Origin: Octopus sinensis
Taxonomy: Eukaryota
Length of the DNA stretch: 64,000 bases
Direction: 5' to 3'
NCBI RefSeq assembly: GCF_006345805.1
Contig: NC_042997.1
Span: forward strand, 76,136,001-76,200,000
Below, piece by piece: positions 1 to 13,152 of the stretch. The translations under genes and the position numbers were made by a program. The notes under the pieces were generated by a model. That model made no database searches, was not told the origin of the DNA, and was given only the letters and a program-made list of their open reading frames with translations. Every line of letters begins with the position of its first letter. The first letter of the stretch is position 1.

Positions 1-126
1 TACAATTCACTAAAACAAAGCATGGAGACACATTAAGATATTAGTTTCAAATTTTGGCATAAGGCCAGCAATTTTGGGGTTGAGAGTAAGTTGATTACAT
101 CAACCACAGTGCTCGGACTAGGCTAA

Positions 127-1214
127 CCTTTTCGTTACTATATTTCTGACCAAAATACACCCCTTATGTGTTTCAATTAATTTCTAACGTAATCATAAAT
201 TTAGTCTGGTTTCATTAAACAACTATAACTTTTTTATTTATCAATATATTAATATGATTTTTGGAAGATAATTTAATGAAAGGTTCTCAACCAATTCTAT
301 ACTATAATTTTTGTCACAAAGTGACTCTAATTGCAGGTAGATACAGGTAAATTCAACAAAATATAAAATTATTAAAATTTTGTTCAAACATCGCTATAGA
401 AAATGGGTTATCAGCTAATATTCAATTGGGTATACAACAAAATTTTACGATAGAATATGTTATTCTGGGTAACTTTCTGATACCCATAATAATATTTATG
501 GCAAAATAGTCTTAATTTCATTTAAGGTTGTGGGAAACCACTAACTATCCTTTCTTTCGCTTTGTTTACATTTAGCGTAACGGTTCGTTTCCGCTGTAAT
601 GATTTCAAATAGGCTCATTCGAAAAAGTAAAAAGAAATAGTCTAAGGCTTTACTCTCCTGGGAAAGTCTGTGGCTTGGTCCAGTTTCTTCAGAAAAATCA
701 CCGAAAGAAACAGCTTTTAAATTTTCACTCCATTCAGGTGCCAATTCATTTTCTTTATCGCTGTCAGAGCTCTCGGATTCACTGTTTTCACTTTCGGAAA
801 ATGAAACATCAGATTCATTATCAAATACCACGTGCTTTTTTTCTTTTCAGTCATAGAGTTAGATTTATGAAGGTCTTCAGTAGAAAATCCTTCGAATTCT
901 GACTCGCTGCTTGATATAATGAAATTCATATCCATTTTTTGTCAGAATTACAAATTTTGAAAACACAATAGGAACAAATTTCGGAAAAAAATCTCCCAAA
1001 ATTCACGGAATTAAAATTACACTTCGATCTTTGTACAAAACTGTAGTTGAAGTGTTTACGAAGTATAATACGTGTTTTCACGAATGTACTAAAGAGATTT
1101 GCTCTGATATTCTCATTTAAATATGAATAGGTAAATACGGGCGGGTTTGGGCAGTTTGGTCACATTAACCAAAATTTTTTTCGAGTGGCTTTGGGCGGTT
1201 TGGTAACGAAAGGG
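127..1214 (-). mobile_element. Internally deleted (non-autonomous) piggyBac element
   Basis: TIRs CCTTTTCGTTAC (127-138) and GTAACGAAAGGG (1203-1214); TTAA on the right (1215-1218), CTAA on the left. Colinear with both ends of 24739-27378, with about 1.55 kb missing at ~455. Keeps only the transposase N-terminus (acidic SESE tract, ALDYFFLLF). Confidence 0.92.
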
Positions 1215-1407
1215 TTAAACTAGATAAATTAAGCCCACCACAGACCCTATCAAATTTCTCTCACATGGGTTTTGTTAATCACACAGCCATAGGTGTCTTT
1301 GTTTAAGTCAAACTAATTCAGATTGGTGAATGTGTGGGTACATGTGTACTAAGAATTAATAGTTTGTAATTGTGTGTGTACAGTCATTAGGAAATTCAAA
1401 TACAGTA

Positions 1408-1530
1408 ATTTACATTTGACAGATATTTGTCCTCATCTTGTTTGTTGTTAACACAACGTTTCAGCTGATATATCCTCCAGCCTTCATCAGGTGACTGCAT
1501 GGAATCGAACACAGAATCTTGGGGTTAGTA
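1408..1530 (-). mobile_element. 5'-truncated, centrally deleted copy of the tRNA-headed SINE at 1537-1797
   Basis: Reverse complement reads TACTAACCCCAAGATT...GTTCGATTCC (B box) joined directly to CACCTGATGAAGGCTGG...GAAACGTTGTGTTAAC...AATGTAAAT, matching the plus-strand copy. Confidence 0.8.
1450..1493 (-). ncRNA. Minimal type-I hammerhead-ribozyme-like motif (Penelope-type, palindromic stem III)
   Basis: Minus strand CAC-CTGATGA-A-GGCTG-(loop)-CAGCT-GAAA-CG-TT-GTG. Both core boxes are intact, with a 5-bp stem II, ACGT palindrome as stem III and a 3-bp stem I. Confidence 0.6.
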
Positions 1531-1536
1531 ACCCAT

Positions 1537-1797
1537 GGGCATATGTCATAGTGGTTAAGAGGGCGGGCTACTAACCCCAAGATTCCAAGTTCGATTCCAG
1601 ACAGTGACCTGAATAATAATAACATCAAAAAAATACCTTAGGAATGAGAACCCAGGTTCAAAATTTCCCCAAGACACCTGATGAAGGCTGGAGGGTGTAT
1701 CAGCCAAAACATTGTGTTAACAACGAATAAGATGAGGACAAATATCCGTCTAATGTAAATAATGTTCATAATTCCTCATCTCTTAAATACAGAACTG
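1537..1797 (+). mobile_element. tRNA-derived SINE with hammerhead-containing (Penelope-like) 3' tail
   Basis: A-box-like TAGTGGTTAAGAG and B box GTTCGATTCC in the head, an A-rich linker, then GACAC-CTGATGA-A-GGCTG..CAGCC-AAAA-CATT-GTGTT (GAAA and ACGT mutated in this copy). Confidence 0.75.
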
Positions 1798-1829
1798 TCA
1801 AATGCAGTAACTTTAAAATATTTTACACA

Positions 1830-2455
1830 TATCTGTATTTGGAGAATTTGAGCTAGTTTGCTTTGTTGTTTCTAGGTAAATCCAGCATTTCCAGGTTTTT
1901 ATGTAAATCTTATTATCTACATCAGTGCATCTATAATAATTGGTATAAATGAAAATGTATAGCCAAGATATAAGAGCTATAAGTTTTTGATGATATGAAC
2001 AGTTCTCTTCATGTAGGTCAGTCCATCATCCCGAGTCCCATAGTAAATTTGTATACTCAGAATACTTATTCAGCAGTTCTACACTTACTCTCAAGATACA
2101 AACAACTCTAACTTCAAACTTTCTTAAGTCAGTTGAAGAATTCTTTGGTCACTAACTTTTATTCCTAGCTCTACTGTGTGGAACATTTTCATCAATTCCA
2201 AGAAATTTGAAACATTTATCACTGGAGATAGAGTAGACAGATGGGCAGTGAATTAGTAGAGTTATTCAGCCTCGTCTGGCACCTGTGTCGGTGGCACATA
2301 AAATCACCCACTACACTCTCGGAGTGGTTGGCGTTAGGAAGGGCATCCAGCTGTAGAAACACTGCCAGATCTGACTGGCCTGGTGCAGCCTTCGGGCTTG
2401 CCAGACCCCAGTTGAACCGTCCAACCCATGCTAGCATGGAAAGCGGACGTTAAAC

Positions 2456-2486
<31 letters not shown>

Positions 2487-3545
2487 AAAGCATTGGATAG
2501 AATGCTTCATAGTACCTGTTCCAACTCCCTCTGCATTGAGTTCAACTCTCACTGGGATCAACTGTATTTTTTCAAGGTTGAGAAAAAGTACCAATCCAAG
2601 GAGATGAATTGCAGTATCTGTTCTGGTTCTTTTCATTCTGACGGCAATTCTTGCAACAAAATGGGTGCCAAACTGAATCAGCTCAAGCTAGCAGCCTTTC
2701 TTTTTGATAATATCACTAACATGGAGAGAAAATGGGCCATTGCCAGTCTTAATAAAAAAATTTTTACCCAAATCTTCACATACAAATGTGGATAAATGGC
2801 CAACCATAAGCAATGCAGGCTTCTATTGATATCAATAGTCCTTCGCAGGTTAACAAACTTTTCTCAGTTGACTACTAAATATGAACACTTTTCCTGAGCA
2901 AACTCTATTCCTATGATTCTTGAGAAAGATGAGATCAGTTCTTATAGTCCCTTGATGTGAACATTACCTGAATATAGTTTTAGACCACTGACAAAAAAGG
3001 TTTGGGTCACATTAGTTTTCTCTCTTCTGCAGATCCTAACAAGTAACCAAGGCATTTCCTCAACAGGGTTGACAACAGTTCACTTCCAGAAACTACAGCA
3101 ATACACATAAACTACCCTGCTGGAATTCCCTTTGACAGTCTACTTCTGCTTGTGACTATAATAGTTACTTCAGTTCTTAAGAGACACTTGTGTGGACCAT
3201 TTCGTAGTCATGGAATCTTGACGAAGCACAGCAACTTTAATGCCTATAAGTCAGGGTCAGAGACAAAAAAATCTCAATCTTAGCCATCCTGTCAATAGAT
3301 TTCAGTGATATTGCTTCGTTTCTTTCAGCTTAGCTTTGTTGATGAGGAGCTGCTCTGCATAGCCCCATATCCCATTTTCTCTCCAATGTGCATTCTGTAT
3401 TGATCTTGGAGAAATACATTTAAGTAACCTGTGTACAATTTATAAATAACATTTAAGCATGTGGTGGATCTGTAATTGCCTTCTATATGTCTCCTAGTTC
3501 TCAGAGAGGAGCATTGTCTGTGCAACTACCAGCTAGTCTCACATA
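1830..3545 (-). mobile_element. Highly degenerate non-LTR retrotransposon RT relic (R4/Dong-like), interrupted by an RTE tail
   Basis: Scattered motifs across frames: NYRSTTCLNVIYKLYTG, EQLLINK, TTKWSTQVSLK, GI-QQGSL, FFVSGLKLYS (YMDD region), IGIEFAQEKC, FKFLGIDE. Confidence 0.55.
2267..2485 (+). mobile_element. RTE LINE 3' tail (5'-truncated LINE or SINE sharing the tail)
   Basis: GTGGTTGGCGTTAGGAAGGGCATCC core, CCATGCTAGCATGG palindrome and CGTTAAAC(GAT)n end; the same module terminates the long RTE copies in this window. Confidence 0.85.
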
Positions 3546-3664
3546 TCATGGTCAACACACTTTTATTTTTGACAGGTTGATGAAAAATTTCTTGTAGACT
3601 GTGTGCTTCCTCTGCCAGTATCAGGCTATTAGGTTTTTACTCAAGTGCTTTTCTATTCAGTTGT

Positions 3665-5680
3665 GTCTGGGGAGAGTCATATTGTTTTAATATCTTATTA
3701 TCTAACATACTCACTGGTTCAATTTCCACACATCTATTATTTATATTTTTTCTTCAAGGTAGTTCTTACACTAGCATGCACACTCATTTTTTTTCACCTG
3801 ATTGTTGTTCCCAAGGTCCTGGGTGGGTATAGTCTAACCACTCCAGCATTCTGTGGTGCTTTTCTTCACTGCCGATGTGATGGTGGGTGGTCTTCCTCTC
3901 TGTGAACTGGTGGGGCAGAATCAAATTAGGTTATGCTTGTCCAAGTAGTTTTGTTCATAGCTTAGTGTTAGGAGGAGGCCCAGTTCCCTCATGCTAACTT
4001 CATGGAATTCTACTTCACTCTCACAGATAATCTCAATGCATTTTTCCACAGCAAAATCTATGTCTATAGATGGGTAGAGTGAAACCACATCCATACTACC
4101 CACTACACAACTTGTGAGGTCATTAGAGTGGTTGCAACTACTGGTACAACTGAGGTGGAAATCCATGCTCACACAGACATCTGGGGATATTATAACACCT
4201 GTGAGAGGAAGTAGGATAGCCTATAATTGCTGGAGATATTTGCTCCACAAACTGGCCAGGTTGGGGGCCCCATAACAGGGTTTATGGTCCATTTGTAACC
4301 CATACAGCATAGAAACATCGTTGTTGAATGCTTGTAAATTTTCTGCAGTCCATTTCCTGGGTTGGAGTATATTACACCACATTCCCATGTGTGCACTGAG
4401 AAGTTTTTCTACTTTTCATGTTCCTGTGGTGCGACCTCTCTCATGCTACTGATGTGTTGTTGCATGGCCTGGACATAGTTCTGTGAGCAATCGATAGTCT
4501 GCCAGACCTGTCCATAGGGAAGCACACTAATTCCCTGTTCCTAATTTACTGTTTCAGTTTTTGTAGATCTTTGGCAACTGTTGTTTTTTAGTGGGGTTTT
4601 TTTTGTAGGCCTTTGGCAACTGTATATTTTTCAGTGACTTTGTTATAGTGGTCGAAGATATGTCAGAGTCTATTTCTAACTAAAGAAATGTTTGCCTCTG
4701 TCTCACTGTCAGTCTGTGATGATATACATACCCTTTTGATGAAGGGTAAGTCTGTGGGGTAGATCCTCATCATGTCGTATGATTTATCATCAGGGTTATA
4801 GAAGACAGAGTCTAGGGTGCTACCGGTGTTACTATTGTTGTTGTTATGGTTGTCAGCATTGTTGTTGCTGCTGGTGTTGTGTTCATCATCAATATTGTTA
4901 TTATTGTTGTTGTTGATGGTGTAGAAGGTGGTGTTGGCAGCAGTTGGTATTGTTGTTTGTATGTGGGGTGTTGTGGTTACCATTGTTGTTGTTGTTGTTT
5001 TGGTTTTGTGTGTTTGTGTGGGGGATGTTGCAGTTATTATCACTATTGTTGTTGTGACTAACATTACTATTGCTGTTGTTGTTTTGGTTTCGTATGTATG
5101 TTGTGTATTGTCCTAATCTCCATCTTATTTTTAAGAATGTTTTTTCAATTGCAGACAATCAATTTTTCTGACCTTATATGTAGCAAATTTTTGTACCGTG
5201 TTGTATATTCCAGGGGTGTAATTGTTGCTGTTAGTGGTGGTATTGTTGTTTGGTGCACTGGCATCTAAGTCTTCTGGTAGTTCACATTCCGATATGACTA
5301 TCCCATCAATAATTTTTGGGTACCTGTATTCATTCTTACCAGGCTGCGATCGTTGTTGTTTCATCCACTTGAGTTAGCTGTTAAGCCAAATTAACAGATT
5401 TCATGTATAGCTTGGAGGAGATGAATGCTTTAATGAAGTGGAGATGTCAGGTAGTTATTTTGATTTTTAGACAGCAGAACACACAGCCTTTCAGCATCGT
5501 TCTAGCTTGGCCAGAGCTTATTCGACTTCATTTTTGTACCTGGTTTGCAAGATTCTTTATGTGAAGTTATGTGTTGAAGCAAATTATTTTGTCTGGGGAG
5601 TCATATTGTCTTAATGCCCTATTATCTACCACACTCACCAGTTTGATTTCCACTCATTTATCATTTATATTTTTCCTTCC
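3665..5680 (-). mobile_element. Penelope-like element relic (N-terminus plus partial RT) between ~90-bp direct repeats
   Basis: RT motif VGSMDVVSLYPSIDIDFAVEKC and FCPTSSQRGRPPTITS, homologous to the ORF at 53665-54600. Imperfect direct repeats at 3665-3755 and 5592-5679. Asn/Thr/Gln-rich low-complexity stretch at 4840-5090. Confidence 0.8.
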
Positions 5681-6233
5681 AAAAATTTTTGTTGCTTTTG
5701 TAACCTTGTCAATGGATGTTGGATGAATGTCTGTTATTGGAGCTGCATTGTTTTTTGTTTGTTTGTGCATATATGTGTGTGTATGTATTCTGCATATTCA
5801 TGTGTTTGTATGTGTGTGTGTACCTCTGTCTCCTTGTATGTGCGTGTTTGAGTGTCTATGCATATGGATTTGTGTGACAATGTACATGTGTCCGTTATGT
5901 ATGAATGTGTCTCCATGTGCCTTTGTGTGTATGCATGAGTGTGTTTATAGGGTTATGTGTTTCCATCTCCTTTTGTGTGTGTCCGTGTGCTTGTGTGTCT
6001 GCATTACCTATGTACCTATCTATTATCTATTCAATTGTTTTGCAACAACTGTGAAGAGAATTTCCCACGTATGTGTGTTGTTCTAATTTTATTTATAAAA
6101 TTTGTCATCAACAGAGAAAGAGCTGATTTTCATCTCAGAAACAAGACTCTTTCATAGAAATTTAAACATAATGCACACATAATTATGTATGCATGGATGT
6201 GTGGATCTACATGTTTAGACTTATGTATAACTA

Positions 6234-7456
6234 CAAGGGTGGGCTGAAAATTTCATAGGCAGATTATGAAGGTGTGATACTAGAGCTGTGAAATTTTGTA
6301 TGCATTAATTTCAACTGCACTGTTTCCTCCCAAATAAACTGACATCTAACTATTCAAAGTAGATTTCAAAAGTAGTGATTTCTCTTGAAAATGGACAAAA
6401 TTTGGCTCTGTGGTGTTATCAAGTAACTGCAGAAAAAGAGTTTAGCCCCCAAGGACATTCATGCTGACATTAGTAGAGGATGCACAATGGTGCAAAAGAG
6501 GGCAGATGATTTTAGGAGGGGTAGGGAGAGTCTTGAAGGTGACCCAAGATCTGGATAACTGCCACCACTGAGGAAAACATTCCTCATGTTCACCACATGG
6601 TAATGGATGCATGACAGGCAACTGATTATAATTCAAATAGCCAATGCCATTAGCATGTCCCATGAGAGAGTTGAGAATATTTTGGACAATGAATTTCTCA
6701 TGACAAAGATTTTTGTTTGGTGGGTGCCACCTGATCAAAAGTGCACCAGGTTGATCACATTACAGGATAATCTGACACTGTTTGAGGCAGATACAATTGG
6801 TTTCCTTGAACATTACCTAACCTAGAATGAGTGTTGGTTCTTCACTTTGAGCCAGAGACAAAGAAGATAATACAGTGGAAACACTCCTCCTCACCTGCTC
6901 CAAAGAAAGCCAAGTTCATTTCATCTGCAGGGAAGATGATGGCCTTAGGTTTTAGGAATGCAAAAGGCACTGTGTTTATTGACTATCTTCAAAAGGGCCT
7001 TATCATTAATGCAGAGTACTCTGCCAACTTACTGAGATAATTATGAAAGGCTATCAAAACCAAACACTTGAGAAAACTGACGAAAGGGGCCTTGTTTTGT
7101 CAGAGCTGTACTCCAGCACACAAGTCCCTAATTTCAATGGCTGCTGTGTGTGACTGTGGCTTTGAACTGGTTGATCAGCCTCCCTATTCTCCTGATTTGG
7201 TCACATTTAACTATCATCTATTTCCCTGACATAAAAGAAAAACTTGGCTGGGAACAAGTATTGCAGTGATGACAACATTATATCTATTGTTGACCAACAG
7301 AGTGAAAACTTCTTCACCAATTGTGATCCAAGAACTGCAACACTGATGGAGGAAGTATGTGAACCGCAAGGGGAACTATGTTTCAAAATAAACCTCATTT
7401 GGTCACATTCCACGAGAGTATCTTGGTCAGCCTATGAACTTTTCAACTGACCTTCA
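6234..7456 (+). mobile_element. Mariner transposon, full-length but pseudogenised
   Basis: TA-flanked TIRs CAAGGGTGGGCTGAAAATTTCATAGGC / GCCTATGAACTTTTCAACTGACCTTCA. WVPP (WVPxxL-like) motif, HFEPETK..QWKHSSSPAPKKAK and HPPYSPDL-like remnants, broken by stops and frameshifts. Confidence 0.9.
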
Positions 7457-8828
7457 TACGTATGTTTGAATGTCTATACATGTGCATATGTATCTATGAT
7501 AAGCTAAACTTCTGAAATGCTTTACATATTTTCACAGCTCTGACTTGTAACTGTAGTTTTGTGTAGTACTCAGGCAGTCAGTTACATAACCAAAACATGC
7601 AATAATCACAGCTATAAATCCAAAACTATAGTCCAAAGGCAGCATTTGTATCCAGAGAATTTGTTTCAGTATGGATATTTTCTTTTTAATATATTAATAG
7701 GACAACTAATTTTTACTCTTTTGTACACTTTCTTTACTGTTCCAGGTGATTATGTTTGACCTTTTATACCCACATAAAACTATAATTCTAACAAGAGCAT
7801 ATCACCAGTATTCATACACATACCCTTTATATCACTTTCAATCTTCACAACTATCCTTTCTATTGCTTGCATTGTATTGTACTTTAGCCCCTATATCTGG
7901 GGTGGGCAACCCCTGGCACACTTGCCAAACACAGCACGCCAATAACTTGTTTTTGGCATACAAAACCCTCTCTCTAGTAACCCTCCATTTAACGACTTTC
8001 TCTCAATAGTATATTACAGATCCGATCTATATATTTGTGGAAACTACATTTTATTTTCCAGGCTGAAATTTGAAACCGAATCTAAGGATTCTTGCTCACT
8101 CGATCACGAAAAATTTCTTTGTCCTGTCAAATTGATGGATGTTTCCAACTCAACCTCCGACCTGGACTGTATCATGGCAAAATCAGATGGACAACAGGTG
8201 ACCTAAATAAGTACAAACTACTCTTATAATGGTATATCCATCCATCTAGCTAGAATGGCTATTATAAATATGGATTCCAGAGACACATGCCAGTTAGCCA
8301 GATAGCTAGCAATGAGCAAGCAGTGACAAGCCAGATAGCCAGCAACACAAGACAGTAGCAGTTGCAGATCACAAACAGACAAAATAGAAAAACAACATAA
8401 CACGACCAAATGACAAATGCACACACAGATAAAACATGCCTTGTACATTACATCAACATTCTCCTATTTTTACCTTGCTGATGAAACTGTAACAAATGGG
8501 AAAACTGCATTCCTATTCTTTTACATTTGCTTTCCTTCAATGCTGGTCAAACACACCTAGTATAATCTGCTACACCCGGCAACTTACATTGATTCATCAC
8601 ATTTCACTACACACCCTGCTACATTTGGTGAACCTGACATGATATGAGATGTCACTTAAGCTGCCACAACTGGTGACCCTCAGCTGCTACATATTGAATG
8701 TAAGTTGAAAAATATATTTACCTTTATGTAGTTCTTCTCAGATTTCCTATCATGCCATTTGTTATGACTTATGAATACAGTAAATATACTTGTATAGCTT
8801 GTATACAATAATATCACAACTTTTTCGA

Positions 8829-10699
8829 CATCATCATCATCGTTTAACGTCCGCTTTCCATGCTAGCATGGGTTGGACGGTTCAACTGAGGTCTGGGAAG
8901 CCCGAAAGCTGCACCAGGCCAGTCAGATCTGGCAGTGTTTCTACAGCTGGATGCCCTTCCTAACGCCAACCACTCCATGAGTGTAGTGGGTGCTTTTTAT
9001 GTGCCACCGACACAGGTGCCGGACGAGGCTGGCGAACGGCCACGCTCGGATGATGTTTTTTCGTGCCACCGACAGATGTGCCAGACGAAGCTGGCGAACG
9101 GCCATGCTCGGATGGTGTTTTTTACGTGCCACCAACACGGAGGCCAGGCGAGGCTGGCACGGCCACGATTGGATGGTGGTTGTTACGTGCCCGCAGCACG
9201 GAGGCCAGTCGATGCGGTACTGGCTACGGCCACGTTCGGATGGTTTTCTTATGTGCCACCGGCACTGGTACCACAAAAATACAAATTCCATTGATGTTCA
9301 TCGATTTTGGTTTGATTTGATTTTCACTTGCCTCAACAGGTCTTCACAAGTAGAGTTATGTGTCCCAAGAAGGAAAGGTATGCATAAGTGGACTGGCTAC
9401 GTCCCAGGTAGAGGCCATGGGTTATGGTCTCACTTGTCCTGCCGGGTCTTCTCACGCACAGCATACTTCCAGAGGTCTCGGTCTCTAGTCATTTCCTCGG
9501 TGAGACCTAAACTTCGAAGGCCGTGCTTCACCACCTCATCCCAGGTTTTCCTGGGTCTACCTCTTCCTCAGGTTCTCTCAACCGCTAGGGTGTGGCACTT
9601 TTTCACACAACTATCTTCATCCATTTTCGCTACATGACCATACCAGCGCAAACGTCTCTCTTGCACACCACAACTGATGCTTCTTAGGTCCAACTTTTCT
9701 CTCAAGGTACTTACACTCTGTTGAGTATGAACACTGACATTACACATCCATCGGAGCATACTGGCTTCATTTCTTGTGAGCTTACGCATATCCTCAGCAG
9801 TCACGGCCCATGTTTCACTACCATGTATCATGGCTGTTCGCACACATGCATCATACAGTCTGCCTTTTACTCTGAGCGAGAGGCCTTTTGTCACCAGCAG
9901 AGGTAAGAGCTCTCTGAACTTTGCCCAGGTTATTCTTACTCTGGCAGTTACACTTTCGGCACACCCACCCCTGCTACTGACTTGGTCACCTAGGTAACGG
10001 AAACTATCAACTATTTCAAGTTTTTTCCCTGGAATGTGGCAGAAGATGGTCTCAGAGCATTTTCAGTCTTTATTGAACCAGAGCATCTGCCACATACAAA
10101 AACTATCTTCCTAGTTAGCCTTCCTTTGACATTGCTGCACCTCTTATGTGTCCATAGCTTACACTTGGTGCATCTTATAGAGTTCCTACCTACGTTTTTT
10201 CTACAGATCGAGCAGGGCCATCTACCTGAAGGCGTTTGAGATTTGTCTACCTTCCTACTTATTAGGACTTTGGTTTAGCTAGATTGACTCTAAGGCCCTT
10301 CGATTCTAATCCTTGCTTCCACGCCTGAAACTTCACCTCAAGTTCTGACAGTGATTCAGCAATTAGAGAAAGGTCATCAGCATAGAGGAGCTCCCAGGGG
10401 CATCCTGTCTTGAATTCCTCTGTTATTGCCTGGAGGACTATGATAAATAGGAGGGGGCTGAGGACTGAGCCTTGGTGGACCCCAACCTCCACCTGGAATT
10501 CTTCACTGTACTCATTGCCAACCCTCACCTTACTAACAGCGTCCCTATACATGGCACGCACAGCTCTCATTAACCATTCATCAATCCCTTGTTTCCTCAT
10601 TGACCACCAGATAATGGATCAGGGGACCCTGTCAAAGGCTTTCTCCAAGTCAACGAAATCCAGGTACAGAGTTTTATCTTTGGCTAGGTATTTCTCCTG
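8829..10699 (-). mobile_element. 5'-truncated RTE LINE inserted in the hAT element
   Basis: RT motifs DLEKAFDRVP, GVHQGSVLSPLLF and LLYADDL plus the C-terminal RLRWYGHV, followed by a 3' UTR with about five tandem units and a (GAT)n tail. Confidence 0.93.
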
Positions 10700-11275
10700 A
10701 TAATTTCTGATAAATAAGCCAGTACTGTATTGTAATTTTTGTTAAGCAGATCATTTGATGTCTGCTAAGTTCGAGTGACTAAATTGCATTTATAGGACTG
10801 TGGGTCAATGCTACTAAATTCAGCTCTCATGCAAGTCAGGATAGTTAGTTGACTGTGGTAATGTTTTCGTTGTAGTTGTTGTGTACATTGTGCATATAGA
10901 GTACATGTATTGCATACATACAAGATTATGCATACACCAGACTGTTAGCTCGAGCTTGAACTATTGCACATGTCATTGCTTCTTGAAATGAGTTACTGTA
11001 AGCGTCTAATTATTTGCGGCCATAAAATTTCGCGATTTGTTACAGGCTTTGTCTTTTCTTTACTGATCTTTGCGCCGTGCTGTTCCTACCATTTTGTGGG
11101 GATAGTAAACTACTTTTTTTCTATTTTCTTTAATTAAAAAACTAATAAAAAGTAAAGTGGTTTAATCAAACTTATTAATCACTTAATGACATTTTACTTT
11201 CCTTTTTTCTCATTTTTCACATATATCATTATCTCGTGTATTTTTTTTTTTTCTGCCCTTTATACATTGTGCAGA

Positions 11276-13152
11276 ATGTCAGGACCACCAGCTAAGAAGC
11301 AATGTCATTCATCTGAAGAGGTTATTAGAGAATTTCAAGAATACTGGACTGAAAAATGTGGTATAATTAAGAGAGACAATAAAGCATTATGTATCTTCTG
11401 TTCCAAAACTGTTGTTTGTAGAACTTCTGTAAAAAGGCATTTTGAAAGTGTTCATAAGAGGAACAAAGAGAATTTCTCATGAACTCAGTAAAACAAAAAA
11501 ACAGGCTTGATACTTTTATAAGCTTTATCTCAGGCAAGTCCAGTTCCAACTTAGTTGTTGCTAGTTTTGAGGTTTCAAAAGTTATTTCCCAACATGGAAA
11601 GCCACTCAGTGATGGGGAGTATATTAAAGAAGCTTGGCTAGAGTGTGCACCTTTCCTGTTTGACAATTTTTTAGAAAAGGAAAAGATTATTCAATGCATT
11701 AAAAAATTGTCTGTGAATAGGAAAACAGTTAAGGATAGAATATTTAAGATGGAGAATAATACTTCTGAACAATTGACAATTTGTCTTCATATAAGTTTTT
11801 TTTCAATTTGTACTGATGAAAGTACAGACATTACATCATCAGCTAGGTTAGCCATTTTTTCTTGATTTTGTAAAGGTGATGAAATATGTGATGAGATGGT
11901 TGCCCTTTTCAACCCAGTTAGTACACTGCCTGAGTGTACTAACTGGGCTGAAATATGTAAAGCAGCTGTGAATGTATTCTCTTCTCAACATATTGACATT
12001 TCAAAAGTAGTATCCATCACAACAGATGGTGCCCCCTGCATTAATGGAGAGAAGGCAGGATTTTTAAATCTGTTTGCAAAGGAAGTTAGTCATACACTGA
12101 TAGGTTTTCATTGCATCATTAATGAGGAGGTTTTATGTGCAAAAGCTGGCCTGAAAGAACTTCAGGAAGTGATGCAGATTGTTACCAATGTTGTTAATTA
12201 CATTTCTACTCAGGCTTTAAATAAAAGACAATTTCAAATTTAATGAATGAGGTAGAATCTGTGTATAAAGGACTGAAAATGTACAACAATGTTCGATGGC
12301 TTAACCAAGGTTTGGTTCTGAAATGACTTGTTGAATGTTTAAATGAGATAAAACTCTTTTTGGATGACTGTGTTTCTTATCAAGGATTGTCTGACATCAT
12401 GAGGGTTTGTAAACAGGTGTTTTTTTGCAGATTTTTGTGAACATTTGAATAACTTGAGTGTTAAATTACAGGTCTCTTGTAAGACGCTTGGTGTTATGTT
12501 TGGTTACATAAAGGCTTTTGAAATGAAGCTAGAAGTTTTTAAGAAGGATTTAGATACTTCCCAAACCTAAAGAGGTACATCAATGATCTCTCAAAAGATG
12601 ACAGAACAGAGTGCTAATATCTTCAAAAGCTGTTTGTAAACATTATCAAGTCAACTGCTGAACAGTTTTCCACAAGGCTTGCTAAATTCAGGGATATGGA
12701 AGAGACAGCAAAATTCATAAAGTTTCCAGACGTTATCAAACTGGAAGAACGAAACTTGCAAATGTTTTCATGGATAGACATGATTGATTTTGAATTGCAG
12801 TTGATTGAATTTCAAAGTCACTCAATTTGGAAGCAAAAATTTATTGACCTTAGAGTTGACTTAGAAAATATTGAAAAAAAGCAATTAGAGATAGGAGTAC
12901 TAGAGAGGAGTGCAGAATGCCATTCCAGAAAACTTTTCCAGTTTGAAAAACTTTGCAACAGCACTAATATCCATGTTTTCATCAATATATGCCTGTGAAT
13001 CCTTGTTCTCAGTAATGAATTTTGTTAAGTCATGTAATAGGAGTAACCTGACGGATGAAACTAGTAGTGCATGCATATCTCTGAAGGTTACAAAATATAA
13101 ACCCGATACAAAATCTCTGTCATCAGTGATGCAGCAGCAGAAGTTCCACTGA
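11276..13152 (+). pseudogene. hAT transposase (GTF2IRD2/EPM2AIP1-like), frameshifted
   Basis: BED-like CIFC..KRHFESVH, DESTDIT, ITTDGAP, FHCII and C-terminal FSSIYACESLFSVMNFVKSCNRSNLTDE dimerisation motif, spread over several frames. Confidence 0.88.

Noticed and set aside
1262-1312. 48-nt open minus-strand micro-exon candidate (FDLNKDTYGCVINKTH)
   Set aside because: Weak acceptor context and no recognisable homology.
1537-1605. tRNA gene
   Set aside because: The cloverleaf is incomplete and continuous with a repeat body; this is a SINE head (likewise 16781-16850).
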